Positions 1-12,579 of a stretch of 64,000 nucleotides of DNA are shown piece by piece. The notes under the pieces were generated by a model, which ran no database searches, had not been told where the DNA came from, and worked only from the letters and a program-made list of their open reading frames with translations. The DNA lies in assembly GCA_050084515.1 (NCBI GenBank), contig CM114271.1, positions 36,518,001 to 36,582,000 of the forward strand, written 5' to 3'. Each line of letters begins with the position of its first letter. Position 1 is the first letter of the stretch. The translations under genes and the position numbers were made by a program. Source of the DNA: Blasia pusilla (Eukaryota).

Positions 1-515
1 CCAACTCGCACTGCATCCAACAACACCGTTGGTCCAATCCAAGACCGCACCTCATGAACACTCGCGATCATCCGGGTCCGAGTGTCACCCAACAATGGAA
101 CATTCTCCAGAATGTAAGTAAGAGCATGTGCCTGATGAACCTAAAGATGTCGTAACACCCATAACATCTCCCAAAACAATCGAGACCTAGGGTTGTGTAA
201 TCCCTCACCACGACCAGCACGTATATGACCCTAACATGGCCATCCAGCAATCACCAAATCCACAGGACCAACCCTCTCAAGGTTCGGCGCCCCCAACAAT
301 GCAATGTGTGACGGCAAAGCACGCTGGTACCCACGAATAGCTGATGGCGGCAACAACTCAAGATATCTCCATATCCACTGACCAATATGTCGGGATGAGA
401 CTCTCTGGGCCGTCTCATCTTGCTCCACATACACGTATCTCCGCACAGAAATACCGGCCTGCAACACTGTAGCCAAACCCGTGCTAATCCCACTAAAGAG
501 ATCTAACACACAAAT
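1..515 (-). pseudogene. C5 cytosine DNA methyltransferase catalytic domain within the retroelement ORF, with two in-frame TAG stops
   Basis: Manual in-frame translation: VLDLFSGI (motif I), VYVE (II), VDLVIAGWPC*G (IV, catalytic PC), PRSRLFWEM (V), YILENVP (VI), then LLDAVRV at the window edge. Stops at 231-233 and 141-143. Confidence 0.88.
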
Positions 516-2177
516 TCCCTCCGGCGGATACTGCCATACAATGGGTGTAGTATCCAAAGGGGATAACCCAACTGGACCAGAAGTAGGAGTCCTCCGTGGG
601 GCCTCCTCTTCCTCGTGAGGTATAACAGCCTCACACCAAGCCTCCTGCACTAGGCGATCAGCCTCCTGTCGTAGTGCACCGCCTGAACTCCAAAGTGGCA
701 CATCCAACGATGAGGATGCCACTGCTGCAAAACTAGGGACCTCCTCTACCTCCTCATGCACAGGAGAATCCATAGCAGAAAGATTACCCTCCAAAAAGTC
801 TCCTGGCCAAGTGACTACTCCACTAAAACCAGCCACAGATGCTAACACCGTTGGGGAAGACCCTCCTAGTCGAGCCCCATAAATAAATCTCACAGGAACG
901 TGGCTCATACGTCCATCCCTAGACTTCCAACCAGGTCTATAAGACGCTGTCTCAGTCCAGTAGTCCATCTGAAAACCCATAGGGTACAATATTGCTCCTC
1001 CAACTAGTACATCATACGACTCGGCTGATGTGACCACTACACCTGCTCCCAACCGGGAGCTATCAGTCGCATGATCTGGTCTCAACTGTACAAACAACTT
1101 CTCCCATGTCATGAATTGAGATCTATCATTGGCTCCTGCAAGTGATGTTTGAATCTGTAATGGGCAAGGCTCAAGCTCTGACCTCCGAATACCCAAACCA
1201 ATACATGCCGCCTTTCCCAACATCAAAGGTTGAGCACCAGAGTCTAACAAGACTCTATCTGGTCTATACACATGTCCTGTAGGACTCACCAATCGGAATA
1301 TCCCACTCCGATTGTCCAACATACATACACCAGGTATAAGCCTCTCACAATCAATGGCTGGTCGGACTGGTAATGCATCCATCTTTGCCGTTGCTGCGTG
1401 CCAAGTAGCACTGGTACTCAATACTACATCTGACATAGAGGGTCGCTCCACAGCAACACCCTCATCCACCTCAGCACGTGTAGCAGTAACACCCCCAAGT
1501 TCACACAACGTGGCTGCTAGCTGAAATATAGCAGCTAAGTCAACTCCTAAAGCCATCAGCTTCGTGGCCGAAAACAATGGGGATCCCAACACTGAAGTTT
1601 CCATCCGCAATACTGCACTGGATGCTGCATCCGTGTCTACTACACGCGATGTAGATGCCTCAGTCCCCATTGTCGGCTCAATAGGTTGCGTAGGAACCAT
1701 GGATGGAGTCCTAAGCATCTCAGACAACAAGAATGGCTGGGGAAGCCTAGCCTGCCTCCCAGCCTCACCCCTATGTGGGTCCAACTCCACAGTAGCACAA
1801 CGTGGCTCTGACGCTTGAGTGGCTCCTCTTGTAATTGCAGCTGATGCCTCAACCTGTGCTGCACTTGCCATATAAGAGAGATCATCCCCTCCATAAGAGG
1901 TGGAAGCCCCTGCTCCTGAACCTGATCTATGCTGGATACCAGCCATAGTAGCCACCTTCTGCTCCAACTGCTCAATCCTGGCAGCCATAGTTGACTCTGT
2001 CGTTGTGGTAGGGGTAGCCACCGTAGGCTCTCCAACCACTGGTCCACCTCTACCACCCCTACCACCTCTACCACCTCGGCCTCTCGGAGCTACTCCACCA
2101 CGGTCGCGGCCTGATCTCAACTCTGGATGAAGATCATTTCAACGCTCTCGAGGATGACATGGTCTCCCGCAATGATT
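1..2177 (-). mobile_element. Decayed LTR retrotransposon (probably Ty3/gypsy) polyprotein: gag zinc knuckle, RGG linker, aspartic protease, C5 DNA methyltransferase; runs off the left edge
   Basis: 629-aa ORF 231-2120 has the retropepsin motif VLLDSGA. The same frame upstream reads NHCGRPCHPRER*NDLHPEL (CCHC knuckle remnant, last Cys now TGA). Downstream it enters methyltransferase motifs. RT and integrase are not in view, so the superfamily is inferred. Confidence 0.8.
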
Positions 2178-5100
2178 AGGGTGTGGGATAGTATTTTCGC
2201 AGGCATATATGGGCCATATGAGCACTGAAAAAAAAGATGGATTTTTATGTGAGTCCAAGTTTTGACAAACATAACTTTTCATGTAACATAACACTAGATA
2301 CTTTGCAAGTTGAATGACCCCAATATATTGAGCTGACAATTATGTGAACTTGCAACATAAATCTAGAAATAGTTCCAACTTTAAAAAAATCTCCATCCCT
2401 TGTAGTGTGTGTACCCTTTGCATGCATAACACGAGTATTTTTCTCTCACATAAACATGCGTCTTGTTTTGTCACCGCTCATATGCATGGAGAAGGATGAA
2501 GTATATGGTAACTATAAAAAATAACATGCCATGACATCCTCACTCACTACCTCTATAAAATTGAACATTTTGCAGCTACCCATGTAAAAATGCACAACAC
2601 ATCTCATCCATGGGATGGTGAAGCAAAAACTTGGAAATTTGGGGTTGTCCAAGCATAGACTTTCAAAGTTGGGGGTGGTCAAGTAATAAGGGTGAAATAA
2701 AATTCCTATTTTGGAAAGAGGTGGCTAAAATTAAACACGAAAATCCAAATCCGAAAAGTGAAGTTTAAATCGGACCCTAACCTAACTCTCCTAATTGTAG
2801 GCTATAGGATCACCACAAACCTATGGATGGTAGAAAAAGAAGAAGAAGCGTCAAATGTACACTTTCTTTTTGGCATTTTTATTCAACACTCCGTTGAATA
2901 GAAAAGCTATATACAATAAACCCGGACTCCTTGGTCAATGGGAAGAGATGACGTTGAAGCACCCTCATTTATTTAACCATTAATTCATTAAAAGTATAAA
3001 CCTTTGGTCCGTTGGGGTACGTGAGCTATGCAAGAAAGTTCCTTGTCATAAGAGGATGAGAAACGAAAGATATTCTTCAAAATAGTTGAAAGGGTCTAAC
3101 TTTTCAAGTATTGATTTTTTATATTCTCCCCTCCCTTTTGTGGAACGTTTCTACTTTTCGGTTCTTTATTTATTCATTCATATGTCAGTCAAGAATTTCA
3201 AAAAAATTGGCTTCTTCTGACTTGGTAAAAGAGACGCGTAAGAATATCACCAAATAATAAGAAACCAACTCCCAATAATAACATAAACTAAGTTTACTTC
3301 TTCTCTTTTTAATTCGTTGTGTTGTCACCCCATTAAGAGGAGTGCTCGTACATTTGGAAAAATAAATAAATTTTGCAACCGTATTGAAACGACGTATTTG
3401 ACCATGGGAAGAGAGACGATGAAATGAGGGATCCGACTTTATTATTTATCTTTGTATCTCGTTGTAAAATAAATGTACGTGAGTGGAACAAAATAAATTT
3501 AATAAAAGTGACTTAGTTGGGGTTGTTTTAAGTTTGCTATTGGTAAGAAGGCGATTGACTTAGTGAGGAGTAGATTATCCACATTTTGACCTTATGGGGA
3601 AAGTCCTTCCATTGAGTATGTTGATGTCAATTACATGATAGCAATATTTTTTTAAAAGAATTTTTATATTTACTTGTTGATAACCTACCTGGAACATATT
3701 TCACAATGTATTGTTCCATGTGAGTTGTCTATACATGTTGATGGGATTATTTTAGTTAAATAAATTTGTCAGTAGTCCCTTTCACTTTAGTGCATTACAG
3801 CATTAATTTTGAAAAGCTTTTAGTGAGGAACTTGTAAAATAAATAAATAAATAATCAGTCACATTGATAATCTATATGAGGGATCATGTAACTGCATCTT
3901 CTTTTGCTTTACATTAACATTTAGGAATCTTCAGGTAGAATATTTCAAGAAGGTGTTAAGGAACAAAATATCCATGAGACTTATTTAGAGGTTGAGAAGC
4001 ATTTGTCATGCGCCCTCTTAAAAATTTTATAGCATGTGAGCTATTAATTCCTCATCTCCATAAGATTGAATGATTTTTTGTGTTGTAACAATGTAATATG
4101 AAGGACACTTATGATGTGTCAAAGGCTAAGACAACTTCTTTAGAAGTCGAGATAATTTTATCCTCTACTAGAGAAGGCTCATAAGAGATTTAATGTAGAA
4201 GTGACTTGTCCAACAAAGAGAATTTTCAATAAAAATGGCTTGCTTCATGTATGGAAGATTTCATGGTAGAGCCAATAGTCTGTGGGATACTTCAAATTTT
4301 TGGTTTCATATTTCCACTCATCTAAAAGAGAATCCATGATCACATATGCAATTCGACAAATCCTTCTTAAATCACAAAAAATGTGTCTTGTTGTAATATT
4401 TACGACTAGGGTAAGGAAATTTTTATAATAATTTTAATAATTTACACATTATATGTGAAATTACCAGTCAAAAATTATTTAATATATCTTTTTAATTCTC
4501 GTTTCATACATAATGTTGGTAAATCAATGTTTTGAAATAATAAAATTCCTAATTATAGAATATTTGTGAGAGAATAAATAGAAATGAAAAATGATAATAA
4601 CAAGAAATAACTTAATAAAAAATTTTCTCTTAGCATATAGTAGTCAATTGCATTGGAGCCCTAAAAGGTCCTTAAGAAAATGAAAGATTATAAGAGTATT
4701 CATAGTTTTTATTAAGTAAAAAAAACTTGTAAAATATTCCTAACCATGCAAATTTTCATTGAAATGGATACCCATCTAATTATGAATTTTAGTAAGTTCA
4801 TTAATGGTGAAAATTTATCTTTAGAGTGAGGTGCCATTATAACTTGAGTCACACTCAAGTTATAATGGCACCTCACTCTAGAAAGACGACAGAGGAAGAT
4901 GTTTGAATGTAGTAATCTACAAGCCATAATATTGGTATTCGAGCCACAATATTCGCAAGTGTATTCTCTCATAAGGTAAGATACTTACAAAGCAATAGCT
5001 AAAATTTGAGCATTTGGTCAACTATAGCCAATATATATATGCAAGAAATATATGGGGAGGTCTTCTTTCTTAATATATGCTTCAAGGTTTCTCAAGGATG

Positions 5101-7209
5101 CCCCTCTTACTAAGTGTCTTCCCACATGCTACTTATTGAGGCACCCAAATGTGGATCATCACTTACAACTTCCTATTGGCTTTTTAGGAATTCATGTCTT
5201 TGTATATTTTGGATATTTTTGGCTTTTTTTACTCCGCAAGCCCCAACATTCCTTTCCATATGCTATTTTTTTCATTTCATGACTACTTATCTCACAATAT
5301 ATTTTATTTTCATTCATCTCCCCCCATCCCCAACATGGGGGTTTTTGTAACTAGTCTCAAGGCATCAATTCCCATGTTGACTGCTCCAAAAGCTTCTTGC
5401 CCCGCTTGCCCTTAACTTGTGTCTTGACTCAAGGCTAGTGCTTCCCTACCCATTTGGTCTTTCCCAAAGTTCCTTTGAGTGGTTTCACATGTGCCTAAGA
5501 CATGTCTTATTACACCAAGGTCATGACTCACATTCCAAGTTCCCAGTACTGTATGCATCTCAAACTAAGCATTTATGAATGGCCCTGAGACAAGTATTTT
5601 TCAAAAGGGATGAAACCACTTTTAAAAAGAAGGGGTGATAACAGAGATTGAAATTTGACAAAAAAGATGAACCTTATATTGAGCTCTAAGCCAAGGGAAA
5701 ACAAGGTGAGAGACCATGAGTATTGGAGGTGTGCATGGGTCGCGATGCCTTTAGACTAGCTATGGGGAACAAACGGAAATAAAACCAACCATAAGATGGC
5801 AAGGCCATGAATCAAGATGTACGACTAGATATAAAATACAACAAGCTTAGGGGTAAGAGTTCCATGTCTTTTCGTGTCCCAAGTAATCATCTAAGATATT
5901 GAGTGGCTACACCTTGAGGACAAAGTTGTTGCTAATGCACTCTAATGAATGGTGAGCAATAAGAGGAGATTAGTTTGAAAAATAATAAAGGCAAGGGGAT
6001 ACCAAATGATGCAATACTAATCTCCAAATACTAGACCTTATGGGACACACTCGAGTTGAGTCACGTAGACCCACCACAAGTCTTTTGCTTTGCAAGGCTC
6101 AAAATGGATGGATCTTTGCAGGTTATCTAGGAAGGTGGAGAATGACTCTATGATGGGAGGAAGGAAGAGTGTACTATTTTACGTGTCATGTATTATATTC
6201 ACCCTTGGACCTGGATGGGGGCTGGACTATAAGCTAAGTTTTTTTTCTCTTTGCTCTTACCAAGTGGCATAAGTTCAATTTAAGACTTAATGGTGTAATT
6301 TAGGGTAGCCTCTTGTAACCAACATTTAGGATGAGACTTGTGGTAGTGATAGTAGAGGGCATGATGCCATATGAGAAAAAAAAGAAGTCAATTGAGAAAT
6401 CCGTAAATTTTAGCTTGAAAACTTCGATTTTCTTGCAAGTTTCTTAAAGTTACGAGTGAATAAAAACCAAGAGTTGCACTTTTAGGTAAGTCATAACTTG
6501 TAAATAAAATAATATATTAAATCCAAGCCAAAAATTTCCAATTATTACGACTTAATATAAAAATGATAAATATCATCATTTCTTCGGAAATTATTGGTTA
6601 TTAATTTTAAAATAAAAACTTTCGTCATTTATATTAATTAAAAATATTTTTATGAATTTCAATCTTTTAAATAATGATGATTTCCTTAATTTGTGAATAT
6701 ACTTATTAAATTTGTTACAAAAGATAATTGGAATTATTTTTTTATGTAACAAATTACTTCATTTCACTTCAAATGTATGTACATATCCGTTTGTTAGTCT
6801 TCAAAAACTAAGATTTTTATATTTTCTGTAAATTAAAATTTTCTCTTAAACTCGGTACTAGAGATCCATGAACAATCTAAAAATTTTGTATCTTGATCCA
6901 CTGGATAACAACCAAAGTCCTCTACGGGTGGTCCTTCTCAATAAGAATATAACTTGTATTGTTCAGTCCAATAATAATTGAGATTCTATTTTATTCTCTT
7001 TCTATCATTCTTACGAGATTGACTTCCATGTGCAAAGAGAGAAAAACTATTCCATGCAGAATTTCCTCAATTGTAAGGTTTTAGATTTGACATATCACAT
7101 GAGAGACTAACGTGATGATGGTTGACATTGTAGTTACAAATCCTACATGAGTGTTAGTTCCGATGCACGTGGTTGCATAAGGGAGATTGCTATAAGAAGT
7201 AGAGGTAAC

Positions 7210-7490
7210 TAAGGTTGCAATGGACAAAGTACGTGTATGTGGACATATCAATTTCCTTGGACTTAAGTCCGTCCTATAGAAGGACTTGTCCATGTGACCC
7301 CATCTCTCCCTTCGTGATCCGCACTTTCTCGTTTCTTCCTCCTCCTACCTTTATTTCATCCCCCTTATTGCCTCACCCACCCTTTCCTTGCCTTCCACCA
7401 AGAACTATAATTATGGGCCCCTCCTTTGCAATCCATGTCCATGGACATGTCCAAACTTGTCCGTCCATGTCCGTCCATGGCGGAGACGAT
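7210..7490 (+). mobile_element. Truncated copy of ~300-bp hAT-type MITE family
   Basis: Starts TAAGGTTGCA and shares GAAGGACTTGTCCATGT and GCAATCCATGTCC with the other copies. Right TIR not seen. Confidence 0.7.
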
Positions 7491-9153
7491 AGTGACAAGA
7501 AATGAGATCTATTGGGGCAAGAATAAGGAGGGGAGATGGGGTTTCTCAATTGAGAGATAGAGAGAGGTTGGGGGTCAGGGAACTTCAAACAACATTCTTT
7601 AAGGATCAAGATTCTTGGTGATTTAATTCATATGAGTGCTTCTCAAAACCATACAAAGCAAAACATATATTTAGAACATTTGGATCTAAGATTTGATACA
7701 ATTCCAAGTTCAATAATACCCCTCCTTAAGGTTAGAGAATATCTAAACACAAAGTCAAAGGAGATGGGAAGTAGGTTGTAATTCTCAATTATTTCATTGT
7801 CTTCGTTATAATATAAGGATTAGTGAAATAAAGAGAGTGGATTTTCTTCTACTCAAAAAATATATGTGAAGTATATCTACATCCATAATTATAATTCATG
7901 AAGGGAGGTTATTATGTGAGGAAATTTTTTAAAATACATTGAAATAAATAAATGAAATGTCATCATAGAATGAGGAGATATCTCTTGTCTTTTATAGAAT
8001 TGGGATAGGTTTATAGTAATTTCAGATGAATTGGTTTTTTTTAGAGTAGAAAATTCCTTAAGCCATTCTCTTTGTTCCACGAATCCTATTATCATTAGGA
8101 AGACAATGAAAAAAATGAGAATTGCATCAAATAGTGGAGCCATGTTCCAAATATGTGATTTTCTTTGTATGCTTTTGGGGAGCACTCACATTTAAAACAC
8201 CTCTAACAATCATGGTGCTTAAGAAAGAATGTACTAGCATCCCATTCATATATGGTTCATTTTTAGTGTGGTAGAAAAAATTTCACTTTTAGAATTACCT
8301 AAAGAAAATTATTTTGAGAAATAGTCTCAATTTTACAATAGACAAGAAAAATCTCATTATTTCATTATAGGGGTTTTTTATTATAGTTTCTACAACAAGT
8401 AATTAATTTCTTGGCTTTCAATTTGAGAGCGATGAGACTATAACGTGTTATATTTATTTACAACTATATGTAACCTAATGACGCACCTTATTTTGTAAAC
8501 ATAAGAGATAATATGATACATCATATTTCTCTTTCTTTTATTTCTTTTAGAATGACTTTCTTCACATAGTAATCAAAGTAAAAATTGAGGGAATCCAAGT
8601 CAATCTTGTACTCAAGCTCCAAAATTCTAGAAGAAGTGCTTCTCAGACTCGACATGATGAAGATGGCTCTTGGGATCCAATTCCTCACGATACATATCCT
8701 TAGGAAGAGCCAAACGAAGACAACCAAAAATAATAACCTCCATATATTTGTTACTTGGTTATCGTTAATCAAGTTACCATGTCATGTGATCAAAAAATAA
8801 ATAAAATTATATGAGTTTTATAGAATATATCTCTATGTAAAGACACAAAAATTTAAGCTCATATAATCGCATAGAACAAATATAGATCCAAAACGCCCAA
8901 TATCCTCTACTTAGTTGATGCGGTGGAACTATAAGAATTGATTAACTATGATGCGATAATTATCACGTGCATATACAATACTATAAGAAATCCATACCAC
9001 AAAAAGAAAGAAAATACTAATATTTACACAAAAAGTGTCAATCTTTTCATGTCATAGAAATATCTTTACACGCACATATACGTCAAGATCTCATATTTTT
9101 CCTCCCTAATTGGCCACTAGGTCTACTAACTCCAAGTAGTACTATCATATCCA

Positions 9154-9158
<5 letters not shown>

Positions 9159-9195
<37 letters not shown>

Positions 9196-9218
9196 TATAC
9201 ATACATACATACATACAT
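9159..9218. repeat. (TA)n/(TACA)n microsatellite
   Basis: Directly visible. Confidence 0.95.
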
Positions 9219-9249
9219 CTATGATACAACCATTATCTCCAAGGAACCC

Positions 9250-10660
9250 TATCAAAATGGAATATCAACCATAACAAATACCACCCTCTTGAATAAACTC
9301 ACAAACCAACATGATGGTTGCATCTTTGACAAACCTACACAATATTTGACCTCAAGCTCATAGGTAAAATTTCTATGCTTGTATCTAATCTAGCTCTCAT
9401 CTCCATTCGAAAGATGAAACAATGCATGTTGATGCAAATGATCCTTCTAAACCATACTATCCCAATCTTCAATACAAGGATTTCAATATGTTACACCTTA
9501 CATATATGTAAAATCAAGTGTCTTGCAAGAATATATAGTGTTGTTGGTGTTGTATTTTATAAGTTTCTTATGGACTGAACCTCCTAGTCCTTGGATGATA
9601 ACCAATGCCAAAAATATTTGTATACCTTAACGTGTTTCTATACTCATAAATTGGCAAGTTCTTAAATGCATGTACCTACAAAAACCTAGTATCTCATTGA
9701 GATAGGGGGTATAGTGCATTTTGGATCTATATTTGTCCTTATTAATCCATTAATCATATATGTTCAACCATCTTTGATTCCCATATCCATAACGTGTGTA
9801 TTCCTTCCGATATGCGATTCCAAACTATCTATAGGATCCAATTGTGCTTACTAGCACGCATTACGCTTAAAACGAACTCTATCAATCACTTCAATGGTTG
9901 ATGATCATCAATGGTTATGAAAGGATTGCAAAAAAAATAACACCTGAACTGTGCCACGACCTATATTATAGCCAAGAACTCTCCCTTGTATTAATTTTAC
10001 TTTGATTCTACAAGGAATAAACTCATATATGCCATAATGAACTCGTTTTCCTCATTATCTTACTAATTAAGCATGACTCCCAAGTCAAAAAAATATACTT
10101 CAGTTTGTGTGTAATTGGAAAGGATTCCCTATGAAATATCTAAAAAAATAGGCAAGGAAGGCAACATGTCCTTAAGCATTGGAAATCCTACGTCTTGATC
10201 ATCTCCCTACTGCCCAACATGATCAAGTCTCATTAGAAACTCTAAACATTCCATGATTGCACTAACCCCATAACATATCCTCGATATAAGTTTTTCTAAC
10301 CTAGAAATTCTTTGACTTGACTTACATGTATATGACATGTAATGCACACAATAACCCTCTATCTTAGTTTTTTTGAACACCTAATCCACATGGGTATATG
10401 ATATAATGCGAGCACTCTATTTAATCTTGGAAGAACGTGCGCCTTATTGCATTTCATGAAATAACAACCATGAAAACATGTTCTCCAAGTATTTCTCATT
10501 CTCCTCAATTTTAACACTCTAGCATACTAATATAAAGATCTCAGTCCGAGAGATTAAGAATTCCCCCTGAAACTTTTATCCCTCTTTATATACTCTTGAA
10601 TGATCCATTCCTTTTACACAAAAAACCAATGATGTTGAGTCTCTTCTTCATTCATCATAC
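9250..10660 (-). mobile_element. Heavily degraded Ty3/gypsy pol remnant (RT connection/RNase H region)
   Basis: Minus-strand fragments QVKEFLG, LGVML...EENEFIMAYMS and LAII*VVAQFRCY among many stops and frameshifts. Boundaries approximate. Confidence 0.55.
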
Positions 10661-10690
10661 AAATTTTTTTCCTTACATGTTTGCCACATG

Positions 10691-11008
10691 CAAGGTTGCA
10701 TACGTAAAAATTGCGTGTCTGCGGAAATATCCATGTCCGTGGACTTACGTTCGTTCTATGGAAGGACTTGTCCATGTAGGCTCCACCTTCCCCTTCTTTC
10801 TCATTCCCTCCACTTGCTTATGTGTTCCGTACTTTCTTGTTTCTTCCTCCCTCCATCCCCACTTCCTCCTCTTTTATTGCTCAACTTACCCTTCCCATAC
10901 CTTCCATCATGATCTATAAGTATGGGCCCCATCTCTTATAATCCATGTCTGAACTTGTCAGTCCATCTCAGTCCTAGGGACGGACTTATCGATTTTTGTG
11001 CAACCATT
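10691..11008 (+). mobile_element. hAT-type MITE
   Basis: Termini CAAGGTTGCA...TGCAACCATT; flanking 8-mers GCCACATG / CTCACATG (6/8 match). Confidence 0.8.
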
Positions 11009-11855
11009 CTCACATGTTTTCTTATTCATGTGCATTACCATGCTAAGCCTCACTCTTATTTAAGAACAAATATTCTCACTGAAATGTTATAGAACAAAGT
11101 ATTGAATCATTAATGATATATTAGCTAAGTGGTTTTAAGGTTCCAAGGTGGCTTCCTATAATCGATATCCCTTTTAATAAACTAATTTTTTATTGACTTG
11201 ATGGAAACCTTGTTGCCTTGTGCACGTATGTCAAATTTATTCCACTTATTATTCACTAATTCTATAAGTATTGATTGAAGTTGTTGATGAGTCATTGCAA
11301 ATAGTTAAGTCTATGACACCCATCCTAGCAGGGATCCAAGAAGCGATTCATGATTACGGGTAAAAGGAGGAAAGGTCTTGTTGAGATCCACCAAAGTTAA
11401 ACCTAGACTAGATAGTCACAAGACTACAAAGGATAGCAGAACCTATCGTGAGACTAATGCTAGTCAAGATAATTTTGTATTGAGACTAAGATTTGGATAG
11501 AAGGGGTATAACCTCTCACAAGGATGAGGGCGAAGCAAGAAAGATGAAGTTGAGCTTGGAGTCTAGGGCAAGTAGCAAAGAAGATGGGGTTACTCAAGAA
11601 GAGCAAGAGTCCATGAGACTTGTCAAGAAATACGAAGATTGGCAAGACAACCGTGAGACGCAAAATGGCACGAGTTGATACGCAAACTAGTTGGCCATAA
11701 GACACAAAAAAGTTGGTATGAGGTTCGAAGATGATTTTGGGGAAGTTAATATAGGTAAATTCTTCCAAGAGATTCATCCAAGTCATCTCGGGGGTTAATT
11801 TGTCAAAAGTGGCTTGCAAGACAAGCACCACGTTTGTGGTGTAGGCTAATATTGA

Positions 11856-12058
<203 letters not shown>

Positions 12059-12569
12059 GTGCATGGATGGTCCATGTTGGAGAGAGAGTATGCCTTGTGT
12101 GCCTTTCATGTGAGTGTGTGCATTGACCATACTCTCAGGTCAAGAATTTGTATAAAAAAAATTCGAGGCCTTCACTCAAAAACAAAATCTCCTCCGTGGG
12201 AACCCTACACAGAAAAAAATGAATATTAGAAATCTAGACGTGAAGGTATTAGTTGGATGTGATGTCAAATATCATATATGTGGAAGGGATCCCATAGGCC
12301 AATTAGGCTTCATATGGACTAAAAATCAACTCATTCACTCACTCTCTCTTTGCCACATGCTCTGGTTGGGGTAAATGACTTGGGTAGGCTTTTCAAGGTT
12401 GGAGAAGAGGATTTTTAAGTAGAAAGTTTACATCTTGGGGGATTTGGAATCGTTGAGTGCTTGGTGATTACTTGGCATGTCTATGGAAGGTACAATTGGT
12501 TGGAGCTTTGAGACTCAACCAATATCTATTTGGGGTTTTTATTAGAATTAGAGGTTGAAATCTATGATG

Positions 12570-12579
12570 TGGTATCAGA
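12570..12579 (+). promoter_or_regulatory. Possible tRNA-iMet primer-binding site of a decayed LTR element
   Basis: TGGTATCAGA followed by purine-rich, decayed retroelement-like sequence. No clean LTR CA end just upstream. Confidence 0.3.

Noticed and set aside
1-515. Host DNMT3/DRM gene or bacterial restriction-modification methylase
   Set aside because: Intronless, fused in frame to retropepsin and a gag knuckle, with no partner nuclease or bacterial context.
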